64,000 nucleotides of DNA from Octopus vulgaris (GCA_951406725.2 OX597824.1:31868001-31932000); one strand, 5' to 3'. Shown: positions 26,927 through 42,652, numbered from the stretch's first letter. Made by a program: numbers and translations. The notes: a model not told the origin generated them from the letters alone.

Positions 26927-29474
26927 CTGTAAAATATATAAATTTTTAACTGATTAAATCCCTTTAAGAGTAAAATATTTTTGCTTAGAAGCAACTTTTT
27001 TACTATTTCTTTCAATAGACATTTAATTACTTACACCACACACAAACACACTCACACACATGGAATTGGCTAATACTCTTTAATTAGAAGTAAAACTGAA
27101 GGGTGTAGAATAGTTATTGCATTATAAACTTAGCAGTTTAATGAGGAACTCACTGAATTAGAAACAGAAACAATAACAGATAATGAAGTAAAAAAGTCCA
27201 CTATTTGTTGGATCGACAAAGTTCTGATGTACAATCACTTCTTGAGTGTACATACCATCATTTAGGCTTCCAATAGTTCCTGGTTGTTATTTCCCCTTTA
27301 ATTTTATTTACTTTTTTAATCACTACATACTGAAGAATTACCCTAAATTGGGGCTAAAATGAGGAATGACTAATTTCAATAATTTCTTCTCTTTAACGTC
27401 ATGGTGCATAAGTGTACCAGGAACAGAACCAGGTGTAATTCTGCTTCAAGCACCCCATATTACCCTTGTAACTTTCCTTGTTAGTTTGTCACTCAGATGA
27501 ATCCATGTATTTCAATATCTTTCTTCCTATAAATACATTTAATAGCATTTAAGCAAAATATTTGGACTGCCTGTATTTTAAACTGTGATTTTTAAAAATT
27601 CAAAATATTAAAAATAAAATAATTCTTTTTAAATTTCGAAAAGTTAAAAAAAATTTTTTCATAATCATATGAATTCCCTTTCGAAGAATGCAAATTTGCA
27701 CAAATTTTCTGAAAATTCCAAAAATTATAAAAAGATTACATAAGGTTATAAGGGGTACCTAAACCAGAATTCTGCTGAGAGTCACTCCTGCAAATTGTAA
27801 AGAAACTATAGAGAATATTTTACAGTGAATTTTTTTATCTTTTTGAGTTTTGATAATTTCATATCATGCCATTTTCCTGTGATTCTTTACATTTGACCTA
27901 GATATTACAATTTTTTTTTTGAATTTTTGATCTTTGTGGTATCTAAGAATCAATATTGATGTGTATGAGTTAAAAAAATTTTTTTTTTCAAATGCAATTC
28001 TGGAGAATTGAAGGGGCATTTACTTAATCTTGTCTTACTCATTTTGCCACATCTAAATTATCTTCTGTATGCTCATAGAGAACAGAGATGATTTTCTGAA
28101 ATAGTGTTCTGAATATGTTATAGTGTTTTTAATGTATTTAGAGCTGATGTAGTTTTTGTTTGGAAGTGAACACTTGTAAAAAATTTAATTTTCTCAGAGT
28201 TAAAAATGCAGAAATATTATTCATTGTGCCCACCACTCCTTACAGGAAACTGAAAAAGCAGACTTTCGGAGCACCTGTCATATATGTTAGAATTTCCATG
28301 TCTATGTCAAGATTTTCCATTTCTTTCATGCATTGTAAAACAATGGAGGGAATCATTTTTAAAACAAAAAGTTTTTAAATCTCTGTCTTTTAAATGCTCA
28401 ACTCCCTCCCACACACACTCACCATGCCTTTGGAAAAGCAACAACTACTAAAATTATATACTTTTCTTTTTCATAATTTTCTGTCATTTTATCATTCTAT
28501 ATTCTGAAACATTTGTAATTTGCATTAGAGAAAAATATCTTAACCCCACTTCCCTCCTTCGTTGTACTTTTCACAATGAAGGAAAAGTCAAACACTGCAA
28601 GAGGATGTGTGAGAAAAAAACTTTGAAAAGTGTATCTATAAAGCATCATTTTCAGTTGTTTGTTTAAACTTTCTCTGCTAATACGCCAAATTCCTTATAT
28701 ACAGTATATGGGTTTTGAAATTACCAACCCATGCTAGCATGGAAAGCGGACGTTAAAAAACGATGATGATGATGATTAAGATATTTCTTCTTAATATGAA
28801 ATCAATGGTAGTCTTAATACACAAATAAAGAGTATATATATATATATTTGTACACCTTCATTATCATCATCATCATTATCATCATTTCATGTCCATTTTC
28901 AATGCTGGCTTGTCATGCATGGTTAGACTGGAGCTGACAAGCTGGAGAGCTTCATTAGCCTTAAGTTATCTATTTAAGCACAGTTTCTATGACTGGATAG
29001 CTTTGCTAACTCCAACCCACTTTACAGAGTGTTCTGGACAGTTTTAACGTGGCACTGGCACCAGTAGGGTCGCTAAGTAACTTGTAAGACAAGGACCTCT
29101 TAGTAGAGAGAGAGAGTGGAACTGAGCGAAGTGGCTATGTGCCAGGTGAGAAAGTGTGAAAGAGGGACAGAGATAGGTGTCTTACTATAGATGAGATACT
29201 AGGCTATCCCAGTAGGTAAAGGAAGGTGAGAAATAGTTAGGCAGAGACAGAGTGAAAAAGAGAGGGAAATAGATGGTGTTGGAGATGTATTGGGGTCTAC
29301 CCAGAGGGAACAGTGGTGGGGAGTATAAACAGTACAGAGGTAATATGTTTAGAGATTTGGTCGATACCAATCTAAAAAGAGCAACTGTCACACATTGTAA
29401 GAAGGCATAAAAGGTATGAATTTTTCTTCTTGAAATAATAGAAATGATTATTAAAGAAAATAAATTGAACTTAC

Positions 29475-29594
29475 TCTTGTTCCTGAACAGCAACAGCAAA
29501 TTGATGAAGAAACAATAGCCAAAATAAATTCCACACTCATAACAAATGCAGCACAAGCAAATAAAACATGTAAGCCATAAATGCCATAGTAAAG
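29475..29594 (-). CDS. MS4A-like gene, coding exon 4 (LYYGIYGLHVLFACAAFVMSVEFILAIVSSSICCCCSGTR)
   Basis: tttctttcctttacag acceptor, 120 nt, GTAAGT donor, phase 0-0. TM4 carries the EFxxAIxSSxxCC signature and a juxtamembrane Cys cluster. Confidence 0.87.
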
Positions 29595-31039
29595 CTGTAA
29601 AGGAAAGAAAAAACAAAAAATATTTTAATGAGAAAGAAAATGTCATAGCTGATCAAAAAATCAGTAATAACCTTGAATGTATGCAAATCTGTCAATTTTT
29701 TTAAAATCCAAATTCCCCTTAGTATCTTATTTTTCATACTTATTCACACTTACAAACATTTTCTTTCATGTATTTTAATACCATAACCTTACAGAATAAA
29801 AAGTTGTTAAGAAAAAAAATGCTTCAATGACTTCAAGATTCCAAGCTCAGATATATCAGTGTAAAGTAATCTTTTTTGTAAAAAGTAAAACTCTGCCACA
29901 AACTATGAGTGATTTTCATTGCTTAGTTGAAAGATGGCTTAGCTCTTCTAAAAAAATAAAATAAAACAAAACAGCCACCTGTTAAATATTTAAAAAGTTT
30001 GTTTTATTTTCTATAAAGTTTATTTTGATAAGTTCTTATGAGGCACTTTCTGATAATATTGATAGGATTTTCTTCAGATTTCTAAATGTTTAATGTTAAA
30101 CATTGTTTGTTAAAAATGATACACTAGCAAAATAACTTTAGCAGAGAAAACAAAACAGAATTTAAAATAGTTAATGTGTCATATTTCTTGAAATTAGACA
30201 GCTAAGATGCATCTATATTTTGTTTTAAAATAATGTATATATTATTTTACTCTACTTGTGAAGACCTGTTGAGGTAAGTGGAAATCAAATCAAATCAGAT
30301 CAAAATCGAAATCGATCAACGTCAATGGAAATTGTAGCTATGATACCAGTGCCAGTGGCACGTAAGAGAACCATCCGAACACGGCCATTGCCAGCACCGC
30401 CCCAACTGGCCTCCATGCCGGTGGCACATAAAAAGCACCATCCGATCATGGCCGTTGCCAGCCTCGTCTGGCAGCTGTGTCGGTGGCACGTAAAAAGCAC
30501 CCACTACACTCACGGAGAGGTTGGTGTTAGGAAGGGCATCCAGCCGTAGAAACATTGCCAGATCAGACTGGGCCTAGTGCTGCCTTCTAGCTTCCCAGAC
30601 CCCAGTTGAACCGTCCAACCCATGCTAGCATGGAAAGCGGAAGCTAAACGATGATGATGATATATATATTTTGAACACACCATGATTCAGAATAGCTGAA
30701 GCATGTGTAAAGTAAGCCTTAGCTGTGAAGATTAACATGATGTGAAAATATACTATTGTTCTCTTCAGTAAACATAAAAATAATTGGGAATCTTCTTAGC
30801 AATCAGTTTTGGGATAATTGTCTTGTCCCTCATTAAAAATGTATCGCTATTTTTCAACAATCCAGAACTTTTTTTTTTTATCTAAATTACTATATTTATA
30901 GCAGTAACTTAACAATATAACATTAACAACAGTCTTAACTTGTATATTTTGATTTAATTTTCCCATTCCATAGACAAATCATTTAAGTACTTTGTACTAA
31001 AATGCTTCTACAGAAAAATTCAATTAAAATACTACTTAC

Positions 31040-31129
31040 AATCCATACTGAATGAATACTAAAACAAGTCATTCCAGCAATTGCGAAGAAACATGCTGAC
31101 AAAATGGCAAGGACCATGTAGGCAATTTT
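31040..31129 (-). CDS. MS4A-like gene, coding exon 3 ([30 protein letters not shown])
   Basis: atttctttacag acceptor, 90 nt, GTAAGT donor, phase 0-0; TM3. Confidence 0.85.
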
Positions 31130-31454
31130 CTGTAAAGAAATATCAAAGAATTATTTGGCATATATATTTGTGTGTGTGTGTGTGTGTGCACGTGCATGTG
31201 TGTGTGCACGCACGTGTGTGTGTGCATATGCATGTTTTTATATGGCCAAAGCTGTAAGCTTATACACTTATACATATAAGTATATATTCTATGTTTCCAT
31301 GAACACCCGTGTAAATATGCGTGATTGTATGACAGAAACAAAGACACTGAGCTATGTGAAAACTAAATATGCATTTATGTTTATGAGTAAGATAATATAT
31401 CTAGTATTGGTATTGCTAACGAAAAAGTTAAATAACTTTGCTGTAATTATAGAC

Positions 31455-31462
31455 TATATATA

Positions 31463-31500
<38 letters not shown>

Positions 31501-31755
31501 CACACACATACACATATATATATATATATATATACGTATATACATATATATATTGTGTATATGTATATATATGTATATATATATGTATATATATGTATAT
31601 ATATATATGTATATATGCATATATATATATGTATATATGTATATATGTATATGTATATATATATGTATATATGTGTATATATATGTATATATATATATGT
31701 ATATATATATGTATATGTATATATATATGTATATATATATATGTATATATATATA

Positions 31756-31802
<47 letters not shown>

Positions 31803-31865
31803 GTATGTATATAAATATATATATATATATATGTATATATGTATATATATATATATATATATGCA
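31455..31865. repeat. Compound (TA)n/(TG)n microsatellite, representative of many in the window
   Basis: Directly visible. Other long tracts at 541-640, 12720-13180, 34020-34211, 52360-52438, 53610-53828 and 62555-62674. Confidence 0.95.
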
Positions 31866-32735
31866 TACAAAGGAGCCATACCCAATGATGGGTGTAGCAA
31901 TTAGAGCAAGGTCGTCAACTGCTACAAAGGTAAAGTAATGCTTTAGATACAAATAATTACATAGGTATGAAGCCGTTGGATCAGGTAATGAAGGTCACAG
32001 AGAGGGTCATAGCCCAACTAATTAGGAGAGAGTCAGTTTAGATGATATACAGTTTGGGTTCGTGCCAGGGAAAAGCACCACTGATGCTATATTTCTGGTA
32101 AGACAGCTGCAGGAGAAATACCTAGCCAAAGATATATCTCTATACCTGGCTTTCATTGACATGGAGAAAGCCTTTGACAGGGTCCCCTGATCCCTTATCT
32201 GGTGGTCAATGAGGAAACTAGGGATAGATGAATGGTTAGTGAGAGCTCTGCAAGCCATGTACAGGGATGCTGTCAGTAAGGTGAGGGTTGGCAACGAGTA
32301 CAGTGAAGAATTCTGGGTAGAGGTAGGGGTCCACCAAGGTTCAGTCCCCAGCCCCCTCCTATCATAGTCCTCCAGGCGGTGACAGAGGAATTCATGATAG
32401 GATGCCCCTGGGAGCTCCTCTATACTGACGACCTTGCTCTAATTGCTGAGTCACTATCAGAACTCAAGGAGAAGTTTCAGGTGTGGAAACAAGGATTAGC
32501 TAATACCAAAGTCCTAATAAGTAGGAAGGCAGGCAAACCACAAATCCCTTCAGGTAGATGGCCCTGCTCAATCTGTAGATAAGGCGTAGGTAGAAATTCC
32601 AGATGTACCCAGCGTAAGCTATGGACTCATAAGAGGTGCAGCAATATCAAAGAACTGGGAAGATAACTTTTGTATGTTTCAGATGCTCAGAAGCAATAAA
32701 CACTAAAAATGTGCAAAAAACAACTTCCGCAACAC
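31865..32735 (+). mobile_element. Second fragment of the same RTE LINE family
   Basis: Colinear with 34211-35070, more decayed; ELLYTDDL motif. Confidence 0.88.
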
Positions 32736-32991
32736 AGTAATATAATTTTTCTCAAACACTTTAACAGAGCAAGAAGATGGGAGCTGTCATCTCACTCTTG
32801 TCCTTTATTGTAAACAGACACAGGCCTCTAGTCTTAGATTTAGTAGTTGATAAAGAGATATATGAATTAGAAAGCTGTAACCCCAATGGGTTTCATGCGA
32901 TTCTTGAAAATGTAGTCTATTCTTAGCTCCAATAGCAACAACATTAATTTCTTCCATCTTGTGGACTTGGTATATAAAAACGGAAAGAAGC

Positions 32992-33056
<65 letters not shown>

Positions 33057-33082
33057 GTATGTATGTATGTATGTACATGCAC

Positions 33083-33116
<34 letters not shown>

Positions 33117-33580
33117 CAACATCACAATCAAGGAACGGCCATTTATAGGCCATTCACCCACTAGAAATAACAGCCAAAGCTTCAACCGCAAAATAACATT
33201 AATTCCGCAAACCAGGAGAAAATTAAAAAACATTTACCCTGTAATTTCTTATACGATGCACCGTTTCATCTACTGTTTAATGGTAAACTAACCTGATTAA
33301 ATTAAATCAAGCCAATCTTCCATAGGCCCTTAGATTCGTCAGTAAGAAATAGCCACATCGGAACAGATATTTTCACGAGGCATTTTTGTCCCTGCCTCGG
33401 CAATATCTGACCTAAAATTTTCAAATCATCGCACTCGCGCCAAATTTATCGGCAGCAAATAAATATAAGCCGCCGATTCCATTACGGAATCAACCAGAAA
33501 ATTCATAATTAATCAATATAGGGTGCCAAAAAAATTTTGTAGAATTTTTTTGCCACCAGCGGCCTATATTGATTAATTAT
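33117..33580 (-). mobile_element. PLE-like terminal repeat fragment inserted in (TA)n
   Basis: Unique block between TA tracts that carries a complete HHR; a 16-bp inverted repeat (aattaatcaatatagg/cctatattgattaatt) marks its 5' end. Confidence 0.6.
33244..33350 (-). ncRNA. Complete type I hammerhead ribozyme
   Basis: atttctta CTGACGA atcta...tagat GAAAC GGTGCATC GTA^ taagaaat. Perfect 8-bp stem I, long extended stem II, near-palindromic stem III ACGGTGCATCGT, GUA triplet. Confidence 0.88.
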
Positions 33581-34014
33581 ATATATATATAGCTATATCT
33601 CTTTGACTGCTATTTCTAAATTCGGTGTGTTGGTGAGGCAACTCGTTGCTAAACCCTTAATTACTTAGTATATATATATATATATGTATGTATGTATATG
33701 CATATATACATATATATATGATGGGCTTCTTGAGAAAAATTATATTGTGTACAACTCGTTAAAATTCTATTTATGTATTTGTGCAGCTGATGATGGCACT
33801 CCATTTAAATTGAGGTAATGATTGCATTGTTCAATTAAAGGGTTGTACTGCAACGCTACTTGATATCCTGTTGATTATTTTGATTTAATTCACCTTACTT
33901 TGAGCTGTGCTGATAATATTAGATTGACTTGGTGCTTCAACAGAAGTACCTAATTCAACTGAATCTCAAATATATAATATATATATATATACATATATAA
34001 TTATATTTATATAC

Positions 34015-36177
<2,163 letters not shown>

Positions 36178-36221
36178 TATATATATATATGTAAATATAA
36201 TATATATACATACATACATAC

Positions 36222-36263
<42 letters not shown>

Positions 36264-36321
36264 TTATATGTGTGTAAATCAATGCATGCTAGCTTGGAAA
36301 GCAGATGCTAAATGATGATGA

Positions 36322-36372
<51 letters not shown>

Positions 36373-36416
36373 TATATATATGTAAATATAATGTATATAA
36401 ATACATACATACATAC

Positions 36417-36471
<55 letters not shown>

Positions 36472-36660
36472 TATATTTATATGTGTGTAAATCATAGCAT
36501 GCTTGCATGGAAAGCGGATGCTAAATGATGATGATGATTATATATATATATATATATATATACATATATAATTTTAATCCAAACGGGAAACAAAAAAACA
36601 ACAACAATGGAACAATTACAGTATTATTATTAATAGGCGCTCAGGAAATGGAAGCAGGGA

Positions 36661-36700
36661 GGTATGACGTTTCGAGCGGAGCTCTTCGTCGGAAACATAA
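36661..36700 (-). ncRNA. Minimal hammerhead motif (U4C variant) at the end of the Neptune-type PLE
   Basis: gttt CCGACGA a-gagc-tcc-gctc GAAAC GTC^ atac; stem III reduced to the ACGT palindrome. Confidence 0.6.
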
Positions 36701-39390
36701 AGAAGGAAGAGAGAGGAAAGAAAGATCCCAGAGCGGGCAACGGGGATAGAGAAAAAAAAACGACTGGTGTTTAGGAGTTACACATGGTGAAAGGCGGATG
36801 TTTACGATAACAAGAGCAAAGTGGGTTTTTAAAGGCAAAAGAGTGGAGACAAGGTTGGTAACGCAACAGATGTGTGTGTATGTGTGTGTGCGTGTGCGTG
36901 TGTGTATGTGTGTGTGTGAGGCGAGATAAAAAAACAAAAAATATATGTATGTGTTAGTGTGTGCGTCTGTGTGTAGGCGTGTGAGGTAGGGCGAGACGGT
37001 GGTCAGCATAGCAGCAGCATAGCAGACAAAGGTCAGTAGTAAGAAAAGGAAGGAAGGAGGAAGGGAGGGAGGGGAAGGGAGGGAGGGGAAGGGGTGGGGG
37101 CGTCTGTAGCGTGCCAGCGTGTGTTGAGTAGTAGTGTGTGTGTCCAGTGTCGTGGTAGTATTAATGGCGAGTAGATTGAATGTGTGTAAGAGTAATGTAT
37201 ATATTTAAGCAATGTGTGTATATGTGTGCGCGTGTGTGTAACGAAAAAGGGGGGGTTAAGGAAAAGGACTCCAGCTGAGGGGAAGATGGAAGAGTGGTTC
37301 CGCGGAGACGGGCGTGGGAAAACCCAACGACAAGCGACGATCCCAGGAACGGGCGGGAGGTCTCGTCGGGTCCAAGGGCGAGGTGCATGCGGCGCGTATG
37401 CGTGCGCCTGCGAGTCTGCGCGTAAGTATGTGTGTGTGTGGATGTGTGAGTGTGTCTGTGTGTATGTCTGGGTGGCAGTGTGTCCGATGAATGTATGTGA
37501 GTATGTGTGTATATATGTGTGTGCATAGATGTATGTCCGTGTGTGTGTGTGTGTGTGTATGTGTATGAGTGTGTATGTATGTACGTGTGGGTGTGGGGAA
37601 GTGTGTGTATGTGCATGTGTGTGCGCGAACATACAGGTGTGTGAGTGAGTGTGTGTGTGTGTATGTATGTGTGAGTGTGTATGTATGTGTGTGTAGGATG
37701 CATGTATGTGTATGGGTGTATGTATGCGTGTGTGTATGTATGTATGTGTACGTGCGTGTGTGTGTGTGTATGCGTGTAGGTGTGCGCGTGTGCATGCATG
37801 CATGCATGTGCGTATGTGTGTGTGTGTGCATGTGTGTGGGTATATATGTATGTGCGTATATGTGTGTGTATGTGCGTACATGTGTGTGTGTATGCATGTG
37901 TGTGTGTAGGTGTGTAGGCGTGTGTGTATAGGTGTATGTATGTAAGTATGTATGGGTGTGTCCGTGTATGTGTGTGTATGTATGTGTGTGTATGTAGCTG
38001 TGTGGGCGTGTGTATATGTGTGTGTATGTAGGTGTGTGGGCGTGTGTATATAGGTGTATGTATGTATGTCTGGGTGTGTCCGTGCATGTTTGTGTGTGCG
38101 TGAGTATGCATGTGTATGTAGGTGTGTGTGTACGTGTGTAATGTATGTGTGTATGCGTGTGTATGCGTGCGTGTGTGTATGTAGGTGCGTGTGTATGTGT
38201 GTGGGAGTGTAGGTGTGTGTGTGCGTGTGCGTGTTTATGTTGGTGTGTGCGTATGTGAGTGTGAGTGTATGGGTGTTTGTCATGCATGTGTGTGCGCGTG
38301 CAGGTGAGTGTGTGTGTAAGTATGTGTGTGTGTATGTTTGTGTGAGTGTGTATGTGTGTATGTCTGTGTGTATGTATGTGCGTATAGGAGTATGTAGGTA
38401 TGTGTGTGTGTATGTATATGGGTGTATGTATGTATGTGTGTGTGTGTGTGCATGTGTATAAGTATATGCGTGTGTGTGTATGTGTATGTGTGTGTGTTTA
38501 TGTATGTGTGTATGTATGTGTGTAGGCGTGAGTGTGTAGATGTATGTATGTATGGGTGTGTGTTTGTGTGTGTGTGTAGGTAGATGTGTGTGTCTGAGTG
38601 AGGGTATGGCTGTGTAGGTGTGTGTGTGTATGAATGTAAGTGTGTGTGTATACAAGTGTGATGTATGTATGTAGGTGTGTGTGTGTGTGTGTATGTGTAC
38701 GTGTGCGTGTGTATGTGTGTGTGTGTATGCGTGTGAGTGTGAGTGTATGGGTGTATGTCTGTGTGTGTGTATGTCTGAAGTGGGTATGTGTGTGTATGTA
38801 TGTATGTGTGTGTGTGTGCGGGTATGTGTGTGTATGTGTGTGTGTGAGTAGGTGTGCGTGTATGTATGTGGGTAGGGATGCATGCGAGTGTGTGGGTATG
38901 TATGCATACATACGCATGCGCACATCCGAAGCAAGCCCACACACACGAAGCGCGCTCACGCACACAACGCACAAGCAGTACAACGCAAGCCCAAAGGGGC
39001 CGACCAAGCCCCAGCGCGCGCCAAGGCGCGTGAGCGCAAAGGCCCTCGAAAGCCCCGCTACGCGGGAACCGAGGATCCATCAGCCATAACAGGAAAGCAG
39101 AAAAGAGGGGGGCTGCCTGGATGCAAAAAGGTGTATGTGTGTGTGCATTCAGTGTACGGGTGTGCATGTGTGGGTATGTATGTATGTATGTGCCTACATG
39201 TATGTGTGCATGTGTGTGTGTGTGAAGTATGTACGTGCGGTGTGTGTGTGTGAGTGTGTGTGTATGTATGTGCGTATGTATGTGTGTGTGTATGTGTGTA
39301 TGTATGTCTGTGTGTGTGTGTGTGTGTGTAAGTATGTATGCGTGTGTGTATGTATGTATGTGTGTGTGTATGTGCATGTTGGTTTGTATG

Positions 39391-40530
39391 TTAGTGTGTG
39401 CATGTGTGTCTGTAAGTGTGTGTGATTAAATGTGTGAATGTATGTACGTAGATGGGTCTACGTATGTGTGTGTGTGAACAGGCGTGTGGGAGGTAGGTGG
39501 GTGGGTGTGTGTGGGTGGTGTGTCCGGAAAAAAAAAAACGGATCTCAAGAGGAGGGGCTGTGTTAAGTCCGTGTGGGGTGGTAGTTTGTAGGGTGAAGAT
39601 GTAGCGTTGCTCCAAGTGGAGCCTGGAAAGTGGGTGACCATTGTGGGGGGCGAGACCAAACACTGAGATGTCATCTCGGGAATGGCCGGCCGAGCGGAAG
39701 TGGCGTGCGACGGGAGAAAAAGAGTGTAGGCGAACGTCCCTCAAGTGTTCAGTGAAACGGTCGGACAACCGGCGTCCCGTCTGTCCTACATACAGCATCC
39801 CGCATAGGTTGCATTTAATGCAGTAAATAAGGCCAGACGAGGTGCACGTAAAAGAGTGCCTAATGCGTACAGTATGCAGGTTGGAGCCGGTGACAGCGGT
39901 GGTGCTGGTGATGAAGGGGCAAGTGTTGCAGCGGGATCTAGAGCAAGGGAATGATCCGTGTGGGACTGAGGGGGAAGGAGAGAGGGTGCTGTGGACCAGG
40001 AGGTCACGCAGATTGCGGGCTCGTTTGAAAGAGGACAGGGGTGGGTTAGGGAAAATGGGGCGGGTGGTGGGATCAAGCTGGAGGCGACGGAAGGCACGTA
40101 GTATCTTGCGACGAAGGGGTAGGGTAGAGGGGTGGAAAAGGAGGGGGAAGGGGGTGCGGTTGGGGGGTGGGCGGGGGGAAGGAGACAGGGCGGTAGTGCA
40201 GTCGATGCGACGGGCGCGGGTGAGGGCATCAGAGAGGAGTGTGGGTGGGTAACCTCGGAGTCTGAACATGCGGGCCAGGTATTGAGATTGGGTCTCGAAA
40301 TCCTAGTCGCGGCTGCACAAACGTCGGAGGCGGAGGAACTGGGAGTAGGGGATGGCTCGTTTGGTGTGGAAGGGGTGGGAGGAAGAGAAGTTGAGATAGA
40401 GGTGGGAATCCGTAGGTTTGAAGAAGGCGGTGGTGGTGAGAGAGCTGGAGGGGTGATCGATGCAGAGAGAGATGTCAAGGAAGTTGACAGAGGTGTTGGA
40501 GATGGTGGAGGTGAATTGAAGAGAGGGGTA
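39391..40530 (-). pseudogene. PLE RT C-terminus + GIY-YIG endonuclease (Neptune-type), one in-frame TAG
   Basis: VNFLDI..KPTDSHLYL..SSHP..IPYSQFLRLRRLCS, TAG at 40305-40303, then the same frame continues RGYP..CSRSRCNTC..GLIYCIKCNLCGMLYVGQT..RFTEH..EQRYIF..PHGLN. Confidence 0.88.
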
Positions 40531-40576
40531 CACACACACACACACACATATATATATGTAAATATAATATATATAA

Positions 40577-40621
<45 letters not shown>

Positions 40622-40629
40622 CATACATA

Positions 40630-41024
40630 TCTTTATATATAAAAATAAGGTTGTGTGCTGTCTGTCTCCTACGATTTAGATTCCTAACTACTCCCACATT
40701 TTGCGGTGCAGTTTAACCAAAACCGGATATCTTATAGTCGTGATTCATATCAAGCCCTTCTGGGTATTAGCGCGCGTCTATGATGAGTCTACGATTTAAA
40801 AAAAAATTTACCATCAATTTTTCCCATTTTAATGCATTTTTGGCATATATAAGGGAAGTAACTCTCTAAAAATTTATTATTAAATCTCAGAACGTAAAAA
40901 TCTACAGTAACCCCCCCCCTTTGTGGTTAGCCATGTTGAGATGGCTATTATACTTTACATCTCTAAAAATGCTTATATAGTTATTTCCCTTACAAACCCG
41001 AGCAACGCCGGGCGATACTGCTAG
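40630..41024 (+). mobile_element. Non-autonomous Helitron
   Basis: A|TCTTTATATATAAAA 5' end, subterminal hairpin cccgagcaacgccggg, CTAG|T 3' end, no TSD. Confidence 0.82.
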
Positions 41025-41202
41025 TTATATATATTTTAGGAGTACTACTGCATTACTTAAATCCATATATTGTGATTTAAATTTACACACACACCCAACA
41101 GGCTTCTTTCAGTTTCCATCAGCCAAATCCAATAACATGGCTTAGGTCAACCAGGGTCTATATGGTTGAAAAATGACTTTTTTACCACACAGCTTTGCTT
41201 GC

Positions 41203-41255
<53 letters not shown>

Positions 41256-42232
41256 TGTGTGTGTGTGCGTGTGGCTCATGCATTTTATCAAACATACAGT
41301 AACAAAAGGTTCTTAAAACATAGGTTTTTGTATACATTAGTTGTATCAATTATACTTTGTACATCAGATTTATTTCACCACCACTCCCTTTGGAAGGAGG
41401 TTATTTTTCATACTTGAATACCTTTCCCAATATTAATATTCCTTACTATGAGCTAAAACTAATACTTATCATCTGGCCAGAAATTAGATTGAAGTCAAAA
41501 ATTGAAGTTAAATTCCATATCTTGCCAAGTAGATAACTTTTGACCTAACCATATCTTAACCACTTAGCAGCTAATATGTCTAACGTGTATTAGAATTGAC
41601 AGAAATTTCAACAAAAACAAAATAAACAAACAAACAGCCAAAATGTCTGAAAGCGTCGCTTATCTAGATAAGTGAAATCATAATGTATTTAAAATAATCA
41701 AGTAAAATGAAAATATTAAGTATTTTGTTCCTGGTGAAATAAGAGAGACAGACAGACAAACAGGGAGAGAGAGAGAGACAGAGATGTTGGGAAAAAAAAG
41801 AGAATAGAACTTTGGATTCATCTCAAAGATTAGCAATTACTCAAGTATAAGAATTGGAACCAAAAATCAAATTGGAATTAATCAGACAATTTAAAAAAAT
41901 CTTAGCATTTCAAGGTACAGGACACAAATTTTTTTAATAATTCAGAGATTATAGATAACATATCTTTGTCCTGTACATCTAGAGGAACAAAGGGAAAAGA
42001 AAAGAATGAGCAAGTGTTGGTTGCAGCCAGTTTAACTAATAGAAGAATTCTGAATAATGTAATGGTTATTGTTGTTGTTCTTGTTGTTGCTATCTTAGTT
42101 TCTCTTGGTTGCGAAAGCCTGTGCTCTAAGACATTCTAATTTATGGGATTCCTGTCTTTTAAAAAATGTCTATATTACCAAATGAGTCATCCCTTGTTTT
42201 AAAAATGGTGGATTATTTGGTTGATATTTCTT

Positions 42233-42613
42233 AAGGTTGTGTGCTGTCTGTCTCCTATGATTTAGATTCCTAACAACTCCCACATTTTGCGGTGCAATTC
42301 AACCAAAACCGGATATCTTATAGTCGTGATTCATATCGAGCCCTTCTGGGTATTAGCGCGCGTCTATGATGAGTCTACGATTTAAAAAAAACTTTACCAT
42401 CAATTTTTCCCATTTTAATGCATTTTTGGCATATATAAGGGAAGTAACTCTCTAAAAATTTATTATTAAATCTCAGAACGTATAAAGCTACAGTAACACC
42501 CCCCCCCCTTTGTGGCTAGCCATATTGAGATGGCTATTATACTTTACATCTCTAAAAATGCTTATATAGTTATTTCCCTTACAAACCTGAGCAAAGCCGG
42601 GCAATACTGCTAG
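42233..42613 (+). mobile_element. Non-autonomous Helitron, same family, 5' tip missing
   Basis: Near-identical to 40647-41024; ends tactgCTAG|T. Confidence 0.82.
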
Positions 42614-42646
<33 letters not shown>

Positions 42647-42652
42647 ATATAT

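Larger units (their letters stand above)
36567..40530 (-). mobile_element. 5'-truncated Neptune-type Penelope-like element with long low-complexity 3' UTR and HHR-bearing terminus
   Basis: RT thumb plus GIY-YIG coding remnant (40530 to about 39550), about 3 kb of degenerate (CA)-rich sequence with GC-rich islands, and a terminal repeat with an HHR that ends at (TA)n. Confidence 0.75.

Noticed and set aside
27200-27290. Merlin/ISXO2-like transposase scrap (PGTI..VHQNFVDP on minus)
   Set aside because: The match is too short and no TIRs were identified.
29185-29646. 153-aa hydrophobic ORF
   Set aside because: Wrong-frame overlap with the real exon at 29475-29594.
37033-38946. 637-aa His/Thr-rich ORF and the many YI, CV and HT-repeat ORFs
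   Set aside because: These are translations of dinucleotide repeats that lack stop codons; they are open in several frames at once.
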